Source of the DNA: Eledone cirrhosa
Taxonomy: Eukaryota
Length of the DNA: 64,000 bases
NCBI GenBank assembly: GCA_964016885.1
Contig: OZ024743.1
Location: forward strand, 17,050,001 to 17,114,000
Direction of reading: 5' to 3'
This document shows positions 39,141-55,479 of the stretch, piece after piece. The first letter of the stretch is position 1. Each line of letters begins with the position of its first letter. Both the position numbers and the translations under genes were made by a program. Below the pieces are notes generated by a model. The model ran no database searches, had not been told where the DNA came from, and was given only the letters and a program-made list of their open reading frames with translations.

Positions 39141-40245
39141 CGTGAACATAAGGGATTCAGTGTCGAAGAATATGGTAAAACTCTTGTATAATTAGATCAG
39201 TTTTGTTTCCATGTGTCGCAGCCAATGAAGCAAATATCATGATTTTCAAATTCCATTCAATCTGATTACAATATACAATAAAATGGCATCCAAATACAAT
39301 TGTGCACGCGTCAGCCACCGGGCAAAACATTTTTCTGACAGCTTTGATTTCACACTCAATGTGGTATCGTAATGACTGACGAGAACAAGTGGAATTAAGC
39401 CAAGTAAACACAATCCAGGAGACGGCTATGATGTAGTGAGCTATCGTGAATTATTATCTCTCCTGAAGTTGAAGATGATATACAATGTAAAATATATAAC
39501 CAATATCTACATTCCCTTTGCCGTTGCTACTCATTGTGACATATATGGCTATCCTCTCTATATAGTATGTTTTATCGGAAACATTCCACATCGCAGATTC
39601 CTCCTAATGGACAAATTATTTTATATGAGATATTAGCAGAGAAAAAGTGTGAGAATCTCGACCCATTAAGTAGTGCATATATCCATATATATATACACGC
39701 ACACACACATATATATGAATGTGTGTTTGGGTATGTATGTGTTTGTGTATGCTTGTGTGCGTGTGTGCATATGTTTGTTTACGTGTGTCATTGACGCTGT
39801 CGGTTTTAACACCTATTTTCTCTTCGCGTAACTATGAATATCCCTGCAATGATGTATTATGATTTTGTTTTCCACCGAGAGATTGTAAAATATCGGGAAT
39901 TCATTGCAATCGTTCATTCTATTTATGTCAGTATAATTTCCAAATTGAAAGTGGAATGGACATAGATAAACAGTAATGTATAATGTATAACTTGTACTGA
40001 TTAGCACATTAGGAAATTGTCGCTCAAATTAGAATCATCCAATGCTCTGTTTAAAACAAATCGGATTATGTGATTTATTAAAACTCTAATGACTATAAAT
40101 GCATCCAGCAACATCATCTAGAGACATATATTAATTTTGATATATGCGTAATACGGTATTCTCTTTACTCATAGTGACTGAATGTTGTGATATATAAAGT
40201 GGATAAAATTATATCTGAAGAAAATTGCACTTTATTTAACTGTAA

Positions 40246-40385
40246 TAATTGTTTCTACTGTAGGCACAAGGCCAGCAATTACCCAGTGCATTACTGGTAC
40301 TTTATTTTATCGACCCCGTAAGGATGAATGGCAAAGTCAACCTCGGCGGGATTTGAACTCAGATCGTAACAGTAATAAAAGTTAC
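40246..40385 (-). mobile_element. tRNA-derived SINE, 5'-truncated
   Basis: Same family core, B-box and tail. Confidence 0.85.
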
Positions 40386-40461
40386 AAGTATATAACACAC
40401 ACACACACACACACAGACACACACCCACACTATCACACATACACATACACACACACACACA

Positions 40462-40535
<74 letters not shown>

Positions 40536-40538
<3 letters not shown>

Positions 40539-40699
40539 TTATATTTGGGGAGGGTCATATTGTTATAATATTGTCAGAAATAATAAAAAAAACACACTCA
40601 CTATTTGCTTTGGATTGGATTTCGCATCTGTATATGTTTTATCCCTATGCTTAATTTAGCTGACAATCAATGTTTACCATTGATTGACCAACGGTTAAA

Positions 40700-40748
<49 letters not shown>

Positions 40749-40821
40749 ATCAAAGTTCTCTCATCTCCCACATGTGGCATCATCAGTGGTACTATCATTC
40801 ATGTTTGTTTCTTCCCGTTGT

Positions 40822-40830
<9 letters not shown>
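40536..40830 (-). mobile_element. Diverged PLE family 1 3' UTR fragment
   Basis: Similar to 23990-24265 (gggag..tcatatt, aacacactcact, ccattga.tgaccaacgg, catcagtggt), interrupted by (TA)n. Confidence 0.7.
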
Positions 40831-40874
<44 letters not shown>

Positions 40875-41636
40875 ATGTGTGGATGTATGTATGTGTGTGG
40901 GTGTATGTGTGTGTACACTATGTATGTGGTCATGCACTTGATACTCCTGTTGAAATGGTGGATGAAAGAAACCAAACCAGTGTACAAATGCAGTGCATGA
41001 AATATCAAAAATAGTACATTGTTTCGTAAAAAATACATGGTATATATATACGAGTCAGAATTGGACAGTTCATCATTGAAGCATTGATGACCCCGTTTCA
41101 TCATATTTAATCTAATTTTGAGAAATATATAATTTCCAAATCAATAAACCGAAAACACATCAAACGATACATACTTTTACGCCTACAGACATGCGCATTT
41201 ATAGACGTATGCATAGTTAGGACAGAATATTATACACACCTGCAGAGAAGTATGTGTACGAATGTACACAAACACAGAGCCATACACAGATATGCATAAG
41301 CAATTATCAAAAACAATATTTGAACCCGAAGTATTTATATTATGTTATTCGTATATTCAAATTGGGGTCACACGAAACATGATACATTAGAGTTCAGAAA
41401 GGCCAGAAGGGAATATACAGGATATTAAGAAACCACAATGATTGATGACTATTAATTTCACCATAAAACTTGTTGGCTGATGGTTCAGTATTCAGATATA
41501 TGAAAATATGTCTCGATTTAGCCTAGACGTCAGAAAGACTTTCTCATCCCATACGATACATATTATCCGGAAGTTTGTTAAAATCTGTGAATATGGTTGC
41601 ATGAAACGTATGAGTGGCTATAAATTCCAAATGTAT

Positions 41637-42534
<898 letters not shown>

Positions 42535-42620
42535 TATATAGTAGTAATCATTTTGTATAGAGTGAAAATAGATATTCGTTGCTTGAACTTCAATCTGTTC
42601 TAATACTATCTCTCTCTCTG

Positions 42621-42747
<127 letters not shown>

Positions 42748-42768
42748 CCCTCTCTCACTCTCTCCCTC

Positions 42769-42803
<35 letters not shown>

Positions 42804-43659
42804 ATATATATATATATATATATGAATCATGATGCTTGCTCAAACATAGCCGTATATATACATATATGTGAATTTGTATGGCCTAACCTTAACAACGATC
42901 ATGCTGTAAGAAACGGATATCGGTTGTTGATTCCCCTAGGGTCTGCTAGCAGAAAGTAGATGGCGTCAGTAGATGAACATTTCACACACACGCACGCAGT
43001 CACAGTAAACAGACCCATACACACACACACAAACACACACACATACATGTACATATATATATATATTTATTTAATTCTGAATAATAAAATGTTGTCGTCA
43101 CATATCCTTTCTACACAAAGAGTATTTTTGCATATTTGCATTTCGTTTTCCTTTCTTTCTGATTTTGTTCTCATTGATACCTAACTAATTTTTGAAAGGC
43201 TCAGTTAATCAGCAAATCATAAACTGAAATGAAATTCACTGGGGAGTATGATTTCATTGGCGTTATGGCCATCGTCAAATGTAAGAAAATATATTTCAAC
43301 AAACGATGGCATATCAATAACCTGGTTAATCAACTACCAAAGCGAAATATATTCACGTGTAATTGACCTCTGCGCTTCTTCAGTTTTCATAATAATTTCT
43401 TCCATGTGATGATACCATATTAGACAGCAGTAATGAATATGGTGTGGCGCAAATGTAGAGAGAAAAGTAAGATGATGTTAGAAATAACAAAAAATTCAGT
43501 AAAACATGTATTCCACGTCAGCTTAGATGTGTATGTGAGTACTCCAGCTTACATTTTTATCAACAATTACTCCAGGGTCTCTGGTACCATTGGATGCCAC
43601 ATGGCTTCAGCAGGGGAAAGTGAATAAGGAAACTTTAGTGCATTCTCAGTACCAAATCC

Positions 43660-44270
43660 AAAATCAAATTCATTATCGTTTAGTGAAATACTTTTGATTT
43701 TCGCTCATTGGATAACAGCAAGCAAATCTGATTGAAGGTTTGACCGGTCCCGTACTTCATTAGTTGCAGTCTGGAGGTTGTAATCATCTACGAATTTTAT
43801 TATTTTGCTGTGCCGGATGACATATACAATGTTACTGATGTAAAAATTGAAGAGATCTTGGGCTCAAAACAGTGCTATGGTTGTCGCCACACGTACTTTA
43901 GTTTCTCGCTGTTCATCAGGAAACATTTAATCTACTGTAATAGTTTCCGTTGACTCCAACATTGAAGTTTCTACTAGAGTGTGCTAGGCTCAACCTTCAC
44001 AAATACTTTGCTGAAATCAATTAATGTACATCAATGTTTAGAGAAATCTTCAAAAGCTTTTATCAAATCTGCAACAATGATGCTATTTGGGTTTCTGCAA
44101 ATTGTATCTTTCCAGGAATTTTCGAGTTATTCGTTATCTCACAAACCTTTGAAATACATTAATGATAGGCAAGATAAGTGAAAGAGTGTGGTGATTTACT
44201 GCAAGTCGGACAATAATTGTTCATAGATATAGGCTGCGCCCAGTGAATTGACATCGAGTCTAGCAACATT
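43660..44270 (-). mobile_element. CR1/L2/Jockey-group LINE RT remnant
   Basis: Minus strand gives IDFSKVFVKV, LFNFYISNI, IIKFVDD, LQSDLLAVIQ…SLN. Confidence 0.65.
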
Positions 44271-44610
44271 GGATTCAAGATGATGTTGCCATTCCTTCGG
44301 AATAGTATTAGTGGAGGGCCGGTACCTGCTCATGAGTTGTGCTTAATTTACTTATTTCCTCGATATATTATGGGCGCTCAGATAAATTGTGTTATTGGAG
44401 AACAGCACTGATACTGTCAATGTCAACCATAACTAAACTGCTGGAAATAGAAAATTATTGTTTCTTCGGAATTGCACACACAACACTTTGGGACTGAGTT
44501 TGGTTTATTCAATGGCACAAGATTTGTCAGCTGTTTGATGGTCACACACGCACACACACACGCACACGCACACATATATACATATTATATATGTATATAT
44601 ATATATATTA

Positions 44611-44666
<56 letters not shown>

Positions 44667-45491
44667 TACCTATATTGTGAAACGAAGTCATCGAAAAGAC
44701 CGATATACCTTCGGTCGTTTTCGCTCTCACTCATAGTTTTAATTAAGCCACCGTAATTAGGATGCAAACAAATAGGAAAACAGAAGCTCACATTGATAGT
44801 TTAAATTGTGACAGAAACGTGACGCAGGAGTAGAGAATTTGACTATTTGGCCCCGGAATAATGCATTAATTTCTGCTACTCAATTTAGCTTTCGACAGTA
44901 GGTGGTAGACTGGTGTGCACAGAAATTAGGTAATCTGCGTGGAATTAGCCTGTTCTAAATAAGTCGAATACGAGCCTACTGTTTGTGGGGTGAATTAGCA
45001 TGTAGAATAGTAACCTCCACTTTCAGTGTCATCTGACGGTTAAGGGAGTTAAGCTAGCATTCGCTGTTTTTGAACACGCTAGCACGTTTTCTCTCACATT
45101 GCAAAATGTAAAGAATGAAAACATGTGATTAAGCACCCGACCATATATGTGTATGTGTGTTTTCTTGTGTAAGTGTAATTGTTTATGTGCGTTTGTGTAT
45201 ATATGTGTGTGTGTAAGTGTGTGTGTATGTGCGTGTGTGTTTATATGTGCTTGCTCGTGGGTGCTTCCCCCTGTGAGAGATTGTATGTGTATGTGACATT
45301 TCATTTGCAAAAGCAACACAACAGAGCAAGTAAAATTTGATTTTCTCTATAACCCCACATTTTCCACTTTTATATTACTACGTCATCAATCTTGTGTTCT
45401 CGTATATATATTCCTCCATGCCACTAAATTCTCTGTGATTTTTGTGCATATAATTAAATAATACATTACTATATTTATGTTGTGTTCCTTA

Positions 45492-46175
45492 TCAGAGAGG
45501 CCAGTGAAATAGAACTTAGAAGGCCAAGGCTAAACATAAAAAAAATGAATGGAATAACAACAACACCCAAACAAACAACACTGACCTAAGTGAAGTATAA
45601 ATAGATAGATAGATTAATAAATAAATAGATAAATAAATAAATACATACACTAGCACAATAACAACAAACACAAATATAAACACACGCTAGTAAAGGTAGA
45701 ATACATTAACCAATACACAGTCACCCAAACACGAACACACATCAAACAAAACACTATACACACACGCAAACGCATGAGCAAAGAGGACACAAAAATAAAC
45801 AAATAAATAAATATATAAACAGACTAAATAAAGATGGCGTAGACATACAATGCAACGGGAGGAAACAATAGCACCACTGACACTGTTGCATATGTGCAAC
45901 GAAAGAACTTTGATAGACTATATATATCTGTTTGTGTCTATATTGTATCTGTATTTTTGACCGTTGGTCAGTCAATGGCAACATTGAGGACCGAATACAT
46001 TAAATTAACCGATATAAAAGATACAGAAGCAAAAAGTGAAAACCAACCAAACAGTGAGTGTGTCCTGTTATTAATTTTGGCAAAATTACACAAATATGAC
46101 CCTCCCCAAGTATAAAACTATTTGTTTCGACACACGATCTCATATCAAAAACCTCGCAAAACTAATTCTTCGCCG

Positions 46176-46177
<2 letters not shown>
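45492..46177 (+). mobile_element. PLE family 1, third copy (end of GIY-YIG + complete 3' UTR)
   Basis: Matches 26192-26822 and extends to aaaacctcgcaaaactaa, the end seen on the left arm at 23941; followed by (TA)n. Confidence 0.9.
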
Positions 46178-46254
<77 letters not shown>

Positions 46255-46307
46255 TAGATAGATATATACATATATACATATTCACACACAGGCACCCACA
46301 CCCACAT

Positions 46308-46370
<63 letters not shown>

Positions 46371-47173
46371 CATATTAAGGAATGCGCTAGCAGACGTAGT
46401 GTATGATGAAGTTATATCTATATAAATGCATAAAGGCAGTGTGTGTAACTAAGATCTTATACTTACGCATGTTTACATTTCTACCTATAAGATATTTGTT
46501 TATATGTATGCACATTGGTGCAGTCGGGATTTGTATGGCCTTAAGTGGTCTCTAGAAGATATGGATCTGACTCCTGCATCCAAGTGATTATCCGATTAGC
46601 AATTCAACAATACGAAACACGTTTTTCTCCAGTCTGATGAGCAACTTGATGCTGGAGGTGGGACTTTAGCTTCCATATGATATGTTGAACCAAATACCAG
46701 CGAAACACATGCAAGACATCGATATTGAATAAGCAGATACATATATGTAAACGAACATGCATCGTGTTTTCTTACACTGTCTCTGCTGCAAATGCCGATA
46801 TTTGTATCAACACTTGTAATGCACGGAACTCCAAGTGAAAAGAGGTTTTGTATTGGGTGAGAGATAAAGGACAGAATACAGACACAATGTATTTTAGCTA
46901 AGCCCTCATTGATGCTTCTGTTTTAATTTGTAAACGATGTAGAGATAGAGGGACGTGATTCTACTAATATATGTTAAGCATTGGAATGACGTAGGAATAA
47001 TAGACCCATACTTTAAGTATAGTTCTATAAAATGCTTATGGGATAGTTTGTGGGGTTCTTAAATTAGATATATTTGGCAAACCCTCCTAATGTTTTCAAT
47101 TGCGTCTCAATTGCTACTTGTTCACTGGCTTAGTCCCCAATGAAAAATGTATTATTATTATCTCTAACGATTA

Positions 47174-47398
47174 GGGCAGTGGATTGGCAGTATCGCTAGT
47201 GGGCCGGATACCATGCTTCGCAGCATAGGGTTACGGTCCTCTATGATCTGAGTTAAAATCCTCCCGAGGTTAACTGTGCCATTCATCATTACGGCGTGGA
47301 TAAAATAAAGTTCCAGTTACGCACTGGTGTCGATTTAATCGACTTTTCCCTCCCCCCCAAAATGCTGGCCGTGTGCCTATGTAAGAAACCATTATTAT
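47174..47398 (+). mobile_element. Full-length tRNA-derived SINE with target-site duplication
   Basis: Family head, core and tail; attattatctctaa(c/t)gat on both sides (~47154-47171 and 47391-47408). Confidence 0.88.
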
Positions 47399-48677
47399 CT
47401 CTAATGATCTGATATATTGGAGCTATTTTTGGTATTCGCTCCCACCCCTCTTTACATTTTGAGGTAATTTCCTGCTTAGGTTATATTTGCATTTCATTTT
47501 TTAGACTTCGGTAAAATAAAATAAAATAACGATCAGGCATCGTGGTTAATAATCTATATACTAATTTCACATTTGCTGGCCTTTAAGGAACATTAGAAAC
47601 CAAATCCAAGTATTAATAATAGTGGGAGTAAAAGCAATGCCAAATTTCGTAGAGCACATACTTTTATTCTGAGTTAATTCATTATTAATTTTGGATGATA
47701 GAGAAACTATACTGAATCCATTTCAGAGACAAGGTAACGCGTAAGATTGGCTACCAACTATCGCTGGCTTATATAGCATTATGGAGATAAGAGATAAAAC
47801 AATACGGTTATAAATCAGAAATGGTTTAACTTTCGAAATAATGTGATGTCTCGTTTTCCACTTGTTATGTCACAACATAGCCATAGAAGAAACTGACACT
47901 GATTTGCAGATAAATATTAAATGGCATTACTGATATAGATAATTATATATATTCAATAATTACTCACAAACCAATATTGTTGCACAGGTTGAGTCAGATG
48001 TTAATAATTATTGCGATATATTTTCCAATTATAAGCATATATCAATAATTGCAGTTATATTAAGTACGCATTCTGCAGAAATTTTATTACATAAGCTTTC
48101 ATGTGAGTTGCGTAATTGTTGGTATGCTTTTTCCATACGGACTATGCAAGAAATTAATGAATCATACCAAACAACAATGTGAGTTTTAGCCTTTATTTTT
48201 ATTTGAAAATAAAGCGGGTGTCATTGTCTATGAAAAACAGAATTTATGTCACAGCCGCACAACTTACATATCTCAAACAAATATAACTCATTGCTGCATT
48301 AACAAAATAGTATTTAGAAAAGTGTAATACTTTTCAAATATTAATTCAAATATGTGCATTTAGATAATGAAAAGATAAACGTCCTCTTTATAACTATAAC
48401 ATCGGTTCCCCCATAACATTACTTCCCTTTCACCTCCACAATAATATCCTGAAAGACGTAAATATTTATTTTAAATATATACTACCTACATAATGCTAAG
48501 TATTACTGATTATATGATAATTATTATAATCCTTATAATGTCACTGTAACAACTTAAACATTTATATATATATATATATATATAGCATACATTACCCGCT
48601 CTACTACCCTTAGTATTGAGTACTATGGTGCGTTATGGTCCATCTGGCTCCTTACCAGACTTCCTTCGTTATATATA

Positions 48678-49178
48678 CTAGCACAAAAAACACCGTTCGT
48701 GTGGTTTGCGGCTGGCATGTGTAGTGTGTATATTGATATAATACACAAATATATATGCATGTAGATATGATATATCAAATAAAATGGTATTTGACAATAA
48801 ACACAGGAATTGAACGAAGTCTATGTTACACTGTATTCTGTAATCAGTAAAGTAATCCATAATACATTTAAAAAAGGACGATATTATATATAAACTGCAT
48901 TAGGAGAAAATTAGCAACGGAAATATATGCGATATTTTTTATAAATGTTATAATATAACGGCCGCTAAAGGGAAGTGTTGACATTTGAACCTTTTAAAGA
49001 AGTGAATCTTTAAATAAGCTATAAAATATATTTAATCAACAATCACAAAATTTAGCTCATAAATTATGTAATATTCATTCATTATTTATTCAAATTAATC
49101 CAACTTATTTTACAAACGGGACAAAAAAATATATATTGTGGACGCAGCTCCGCACTCCTTTCTTTATTATAGTTAAGA
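48678..49178 (-). mobile_element. Non-autonomous Helitron
   Basis: Minus strand begins A|TCttaactataataaag and ends with an imperfect ccg…cgg hairpin about 11 nt before CTAG|T. No TSD; inserted in AT. Confidence 0.6.
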
Positions 49179-51059
49179 TATATATATATATATATATATA
49201 AATGTATTCACTCTGTATAACTATATGGCTCCTCATATAACGTTTTGTCTACAGGTGGTACGCAAGCATGACATGTATATATGTGTAACGCTTGAAGCTG
49301 ACTGATGTGCTTTCGGTACCGAATCCATGATTCAGCAATAGAGGGTAGCGATGCCATTACTACTGCCATTACATTACACATCGATATTCACCTTCAATGA
49401 GACACCGTGTGTTTCAAGGCATTTGGTAACGACTACCAAAGACATAACTACCTGGTATTTTATCGTACCCGGACGATTGATAAGTTGGTGTATGGCCTTT
49501 TTTATCTCATCACTTCTTGCGATGGTTGATAATCCTGCTAATAGATATGTTCTGATTAAAGCTTAGTGTTCTATTTTTGTCTGTCAAAAGGTTCATCGGA
49601 TGAAATGATTAGAGTTGAGCCATTTATAACGCCAACGAGATATACCTTGGAGGAGGCCAGCTAAACCTGCAAAGGCGGGAGCTGTCACACACACACACAT
49701 TTGACACAGGTCCACAGATTCTTTTAATGCGCTGACAGAAATTTTAAATTCACATCTGACGGCAGCGTTCTACAATTCTTGTGCTTTCATTCACCATAAC
49801 ATATATTTCTTTACCAGTAACTGAGATGAACATTTACTGCAACATTATTCTTAATTAACATCCACTGGCGGTGGGATTTGTGCATGTAATTCAAAAGAGG
49901 AGAAATGTTGGGATCATTGCATGTTGGGATCACTGAAGGAGGACCTCACAATCACATAATTATTAAGAAGATCGTGGTTGGGCCGTTCATGTTTCCAAAG
50001 GCCATTTCATACTTAAATTCGATATGTATGATAATAATTATGTATGATAATGTGGATATACTTTTCCCTATAATCAGCGTGAAAATACAAAACAGAATAT
50101 ATGTACATAAAGTTCATACACGACTGCATAATTGAAGAGACATAAATATAGAATTTTCGTAAAACGATTAAAAATAAAGAATAATTATGTATGCAAGCAA
50201 TAATTTGAATGAGGCCGTAAGTAACGAAGATGTTATGTGTGTTATAACATTGATAGTATCTGTTTAAATTAGATTGTTTAAGTGTTAAGTCCACTATGAT
50301 TCAACATTTAAGGTCGTGTTACACGATAACCTATGTATACATGGCATTAGTCTTAATGGTAAGTATTACGGGTAGTTTCAGTATGAGCGTGTGTGTTATT
50401 TCATTACTACTATAATAAGTGGAGTAACACAGGGTGTGTATGTCGTATGTCTAGTATGATTCAAGATTTATAGGTATGGTACATGGTCTATTGTATGTAA
50501 GAGCTATATTTGGTTATGCCATCGATAATAATATGTACTGTGCGCCACATATTCGCTCTTCAATTAGTATTTTAAGTTATGCTACTACGATAATACGGGT
50601 TGAAGATGGGGTTTATTTTTAACTAAATATTATTTCAGTTTTAAATTTAATAATCTCCCATATTGCAACACAACCTTGGATTTTATTCGAGGATTACGAT
50701 AGATAAACTTTGATGTTGTGCATTCATTTTACTGAACAGAACATAGCGTATCTGTGGTTTTCATGCATTTAATTGCGGATTCTCTTCTATTATCCGTGTG
50801 AATGTTAGTTATACATCTCCGCGTTGAAATGTTGCAACAATCTAATTCTAAATTGCTGCTATTTCTTTAGTGGTGTCAGCTTACATATTAAGTGTTGAAC
50901 CCTCTGTGACAGAAGAAATATCTTGTAATTTACAAATAGGTGATGCAGGGTATAATTTGGTATAGCCACATATCTCTCCATTTCTCTTAACCTTTGAAAA
51001 TCATTAAACGTGTCAAATCAGTAACTGTATATATTATTATAAATAGCATGAACACTTAC

Positions 51060-51099
51060 CGGTTTCACAAGAATCAAATTCCATTTTCAACTTCTTTTC
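51060..51099 (-). other. Candidate 40-nt exon (EKKLKMEFDSCET)
   Basis: Minus strand: ttttctttttatatgtag acceptor and G|gtaagt donor around an open purine-rich stretch. No partner exon identified. Confidence 0.3.
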
Positions 51100-51124
51100 C
51101 TACATATAAAAAGAAAACTTACTT

Positions 51125-51178
<54 letters not shown>

Positions 51179-54100
51179 GCTGACATTAGTTACATATGCC
51201 ATATTACAGCATAGCTGATTTCTGATTTCCAGACGAAATCATTAACCCAATGTTCTTCATTGGCCAATCAGGGAAGTGTTGCAAATTTGCCCTATAATGA
51301 ATTGACGATAAAAGCAGAAACGTAATCTATGTGTAAACTCGCCCCAAATATTATAGAAGAATTGCAAGCATTATTTTCTTTCGCTAACGGGACATATTTA
51401 TGATTATTATTCTTGTAAACAAATCCACTATAGCGATGTGTTTCTAGCCTAGTTCTACCAAAGGGTCAGTTTCTATACTACTAACTTAAATTGTTTAATA
51501 TTAAATGCAAATGAAAATACATTTGTCATTAGTATATTTGTTTGAATATATAATATCGAATATATGTATGTTTCTTCTACTTTGTATTACACGTATTTCC
51601 AATCTAATATCTGATATTTAACACCAGAGCACATCGCTCTTACTTCCCGGTATAATAAAGCGAATAATATGATATACAAGGGACATCAACAATAGATAGT
51701 TTATTTCAAGAAAAACATATGTACATAGAAAGGGAAAGAAAAATGTGAATGAAATTATTTTTGTTTATATAGTTATCTTTATATTTTCTTAAAATGAGTT
51801 TTGTAGAACAAGATCAAATGCTTTCTTAAATGCACAAATACAACGATAATGAGAGAATTAACATTCTATTACAAACTAAAAAGTGATAGTATCTGTTCAA
51901 GGCATCTTTTCACAAATAGACAGAGTTTATATGATTTTATTTTGTTTTCATCTACTAGCACACACTAGTTCATTTCTTCACAAACATTAGTTAAACTGAT
52001 ATTTCATCGGGAAACATGTTTGTCTTGCCGATTTAGCGCTGTGGAACTGATTTAATTTGCAATTCATTAAACACTTGCTAAACATATCAGCACGCATAAG
52101 ACACCCTAATCTTAAGGAAATAGCATCAGAATTTATAGCGATTTTGATTCAACATCTGAAAAATAACCGAGAAGTCGCGGATGAAATGATTTCGCTAAAC
52201 TATCTATTCAGTCGGATCTCATCTAAGACAAGCAGCAGAGAGTCTAAGTTAATAAGGAAGTCAGGAAAAGTATTGATATTCTAGTAATTGTTTTTAGATA
52301 TTTGTAAAATTCTATTATTCTCTTGGTAATAGTGGCGTCGCTTTATAGTAGAAGGAACTGGGAGTGAATTGTGGTGTTACTGATTGTTGTTGCTAGTTAT
52401 GATTTACAATGCTTTTCTCTAGCTACAGCGATAATAGTAATGTGTCTTACTACTGGTATTAAAGCTGTTATTATATTCGTTGATTTTATAGTAGTATTTT
52501 ATTTAATGTCTATTTTTGTATTCGATGGTGTTTGAAATGTCAGTAATAGCGCTTTACGTCGAAGATAAATATTTTGCGCCTTAGAAAAAAGAAATATTGA
52601 TGTGCAATAACACCGAAATCATTTCGCTTCCATGCAGATCCAACAGTGATTTACAACCTATTTCCTTCTTTAGTGTTTGCGAAGAATAAATTGTCTGTCT
52701 TAGCTGTTTGGCTGCTAAGTGTCATTTCTATTTCCATACAAGCTAATTCAGTTCATAGTAGGTCACACTGTTTATGACTGCAGTCTGCTGGATCCATCTA
52801 TTTATGGAATATTTGCATCCAGTAATATAGTGTAAGTTGGATTATTAACAGCCGTTGCTTGACAGTACGTATACAATTGAAAAGAGGGGACGAAAAATAT
52901 ATCTTTGAAATATATTATATCTATTATATGATAACCCGCATTGGCCAAAATTATGATTGTAATAGGGAACGAGATCAATTGAGTTGATTAAAGTCTCTTT
53001 TTTTAGTTTGGTCTCAGGGAAAAGTCTTTCTTTATGCAATTCACAAGACCTCCTAGATAGATAATATTCATGTTTAGATTAAATCCATGACAGATCAATA
53101 GAAAGAACATTCAAAGAAGAATGACTCTACATGAAAGAGAACTGGCCGTATTTTTGTGAGATTATCATGCAGCGAATGGTGGTCCCAATACGTCGTAAAG
53201 TGAGAAATGGGTCGTATGAGCAGCCATCCCTCACACATACTGTACAATTTATTTGCTGTAGAAAACACAGATACAAAAAGGTAGGAAGTGTGAGAGAGGA
53301 AACACATTTATACGTCAGATATTTAGAGTTCAATGGAGCATCGCTGCGCCAAACAGTTGAGTTGAATTTCTTTGGAAGTTTCTTTGTGTACTTTAAGCAA
53401 ATCCTAGGTTTACATTTCATACTGTGATGTACAAAGGTGAAGGAGTGGGAAAATGCTGCGATATTTAATTCTATACAACACTTTTGCTAAGGTTTCATTT
53501 TATAAACCAAGAATGAATAAAAAATATGTACCTACCACTCGTTTGAACTCAGAACAAGAATATATGTAACTAAATGTTATTACACATTGTATTTGATAAG
53601 CTCACAATCCTTCAAATTTGCATAGCGGTCTTGGAATATTCATATTAGTATAGCAGAATATGTGTTTGGTGTCAGTATTTATCGAATCTAACCCACTTCA
53701 CATATAACAATATTTGGTACTGAAAAGCACATTTCTATCCGGCTATATTTGGAATGTTATCCTGCCTGAATGATTCATTATCACAGGGGTTTAGTTCCCG
53801 CGTTTTAATTATTGATTGAACGATTTTCCATGCGTTGTTTGGAATGAATATATTGAATTTTGGAATGATATCATACGTAAACTTTTAACATAACATTGAG
53901 TCGACAATACTGTCCCCTTAATTTGCATTTTTTTTTAGTTATTTCATACAACATAAAATACCTCATGTAATAGCATAGTATTAAAACACGGAACCTTAAT
54001 TCTCACATCTGAGAAAAGTAAACACCACTGTTAAACATCGAAGTAATGATAATAAAATAACCGCGAGGGGTGGTGTTGCGGCGTGTGTCGCTGGTCATTG

Positions 54101-54947
54101 TCCGCGGAAATGCCTTTGCCATTTTGTATTTGGAGCGGAGGCATAACACCACACTGGCCTATGCGTAGAGTCTGTCACCATCTACCCTTCCCCATTCATT
54201 TTTTCTTTCTCTAGTAAACGTTGCTCTCCCCTTCGTTTCCTCTCAATTATGGCATTTATGGTTCTTTACAAAACCGATCTCTTTTTTTCTGTACTACGAA
54301 ATAAAATGTTATCAGAATGACAAATAACAAAATTAGAAAAAATTTCAACGTTTTCTAAATTATCTTCATTCTAATTTAATTCATAAATATAACGATCATC
54401 ATAACAAGTATTTTTTCCGTTAAAGATTTTGATTATGTTTTCGATTTAACTATATTTTTATGGTTATAGGAATGTTAACACTTTTGTTTGTTTCATTATG
54501 TTACACATTACCATCGTGAGTACAGATCTGTTTCATACTTTATCTTTTTTTAAATATGATCATTCTCTTCATCAGTTCCTCAGTTCCTATACCATTGGAC
54601 TTCTTTGATCCACAATAATATATGGCAATGTAAAATAAAATAAAACAATTTCTTCCTTTGACAATGATTAATTTTATATTTTGTCTTTTATGTGGGTATG
54701 CAATATATTTTCGCCTGAAAACGAAAAGTATTGCATAAAACTGCAGATATTTAGAAGTTAGATGAATATTCTCAATTCTATTTCTTAGTAAATTTTCAAT
54801 TGTATTTAAAGTGAACGTTGAACATATGACATAATTATGTATCCCAAAGTTGCAATTTGTTAAGAAAGATGTATGTTTGTCATTTAAGTTCTCTAAAAAA
54901 TAATCATGCTAATATATACGTGCACATACACACATATATGCACATGT

Positions 54948-54984
<37 letters not shown>

Positions 54985-55479
54985 TAAATATATATATATA
55001 TATATAAGTTAGGAATATCCATCATCAGTTGTCTACTAGGCATCATAGGTATTTCTTCTCATTACAGGCAATATACCTCCGCCTAGGGCGATGCAAGAAC
55101 TAAAATAAGTTATTGAGATAAAAAGAGTTGGGTGGAGAAAGAGAAAGACAGGTAAACAGACACGAATGGTGAGGCAACGTAAAGAGAGGAAAACGTTAAA
55201 AAAAATCAAATCAATAATTCATTTCGAACATAAGAACGGGCGAATTTTGACGAGGAGAACAAAGAGACATCTTAATCGTACGGATGTGAGCGAGAAGAAA
55301 CATCCCGTACGGTGTGGGACGATGGAGGAAATGAGCTAACCATTTTTGATACATATATGTTTCCCCTTCGCTGTGACCTATCTTGTTTCTCTTCCCTTGC
55401 AGCTATCCTTTTTCTCTCTCCCCCTCTCCCTATCCTTCCCCCTCTTACTTTCACTCGCCCCTCTGCTAGTCACCTGCTA

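Noticed and set aside
44696-44725. Hairpin cgaaaagaccga…tcggtcgttttcg resembling a rho-independent terminator
   Set aside because: Eukaryotic DNA, isolated, no associated gene.
53090-53440. Possible Merlin/IS1016-like transposase remnant
   Set aside because: Only faint motif resemblance; cannot be supported by eye.
54060-54190. Small GC-rich island with gccattttg (YY1-like)
   Set aside because: No gene start or other evidence to call a promoter.
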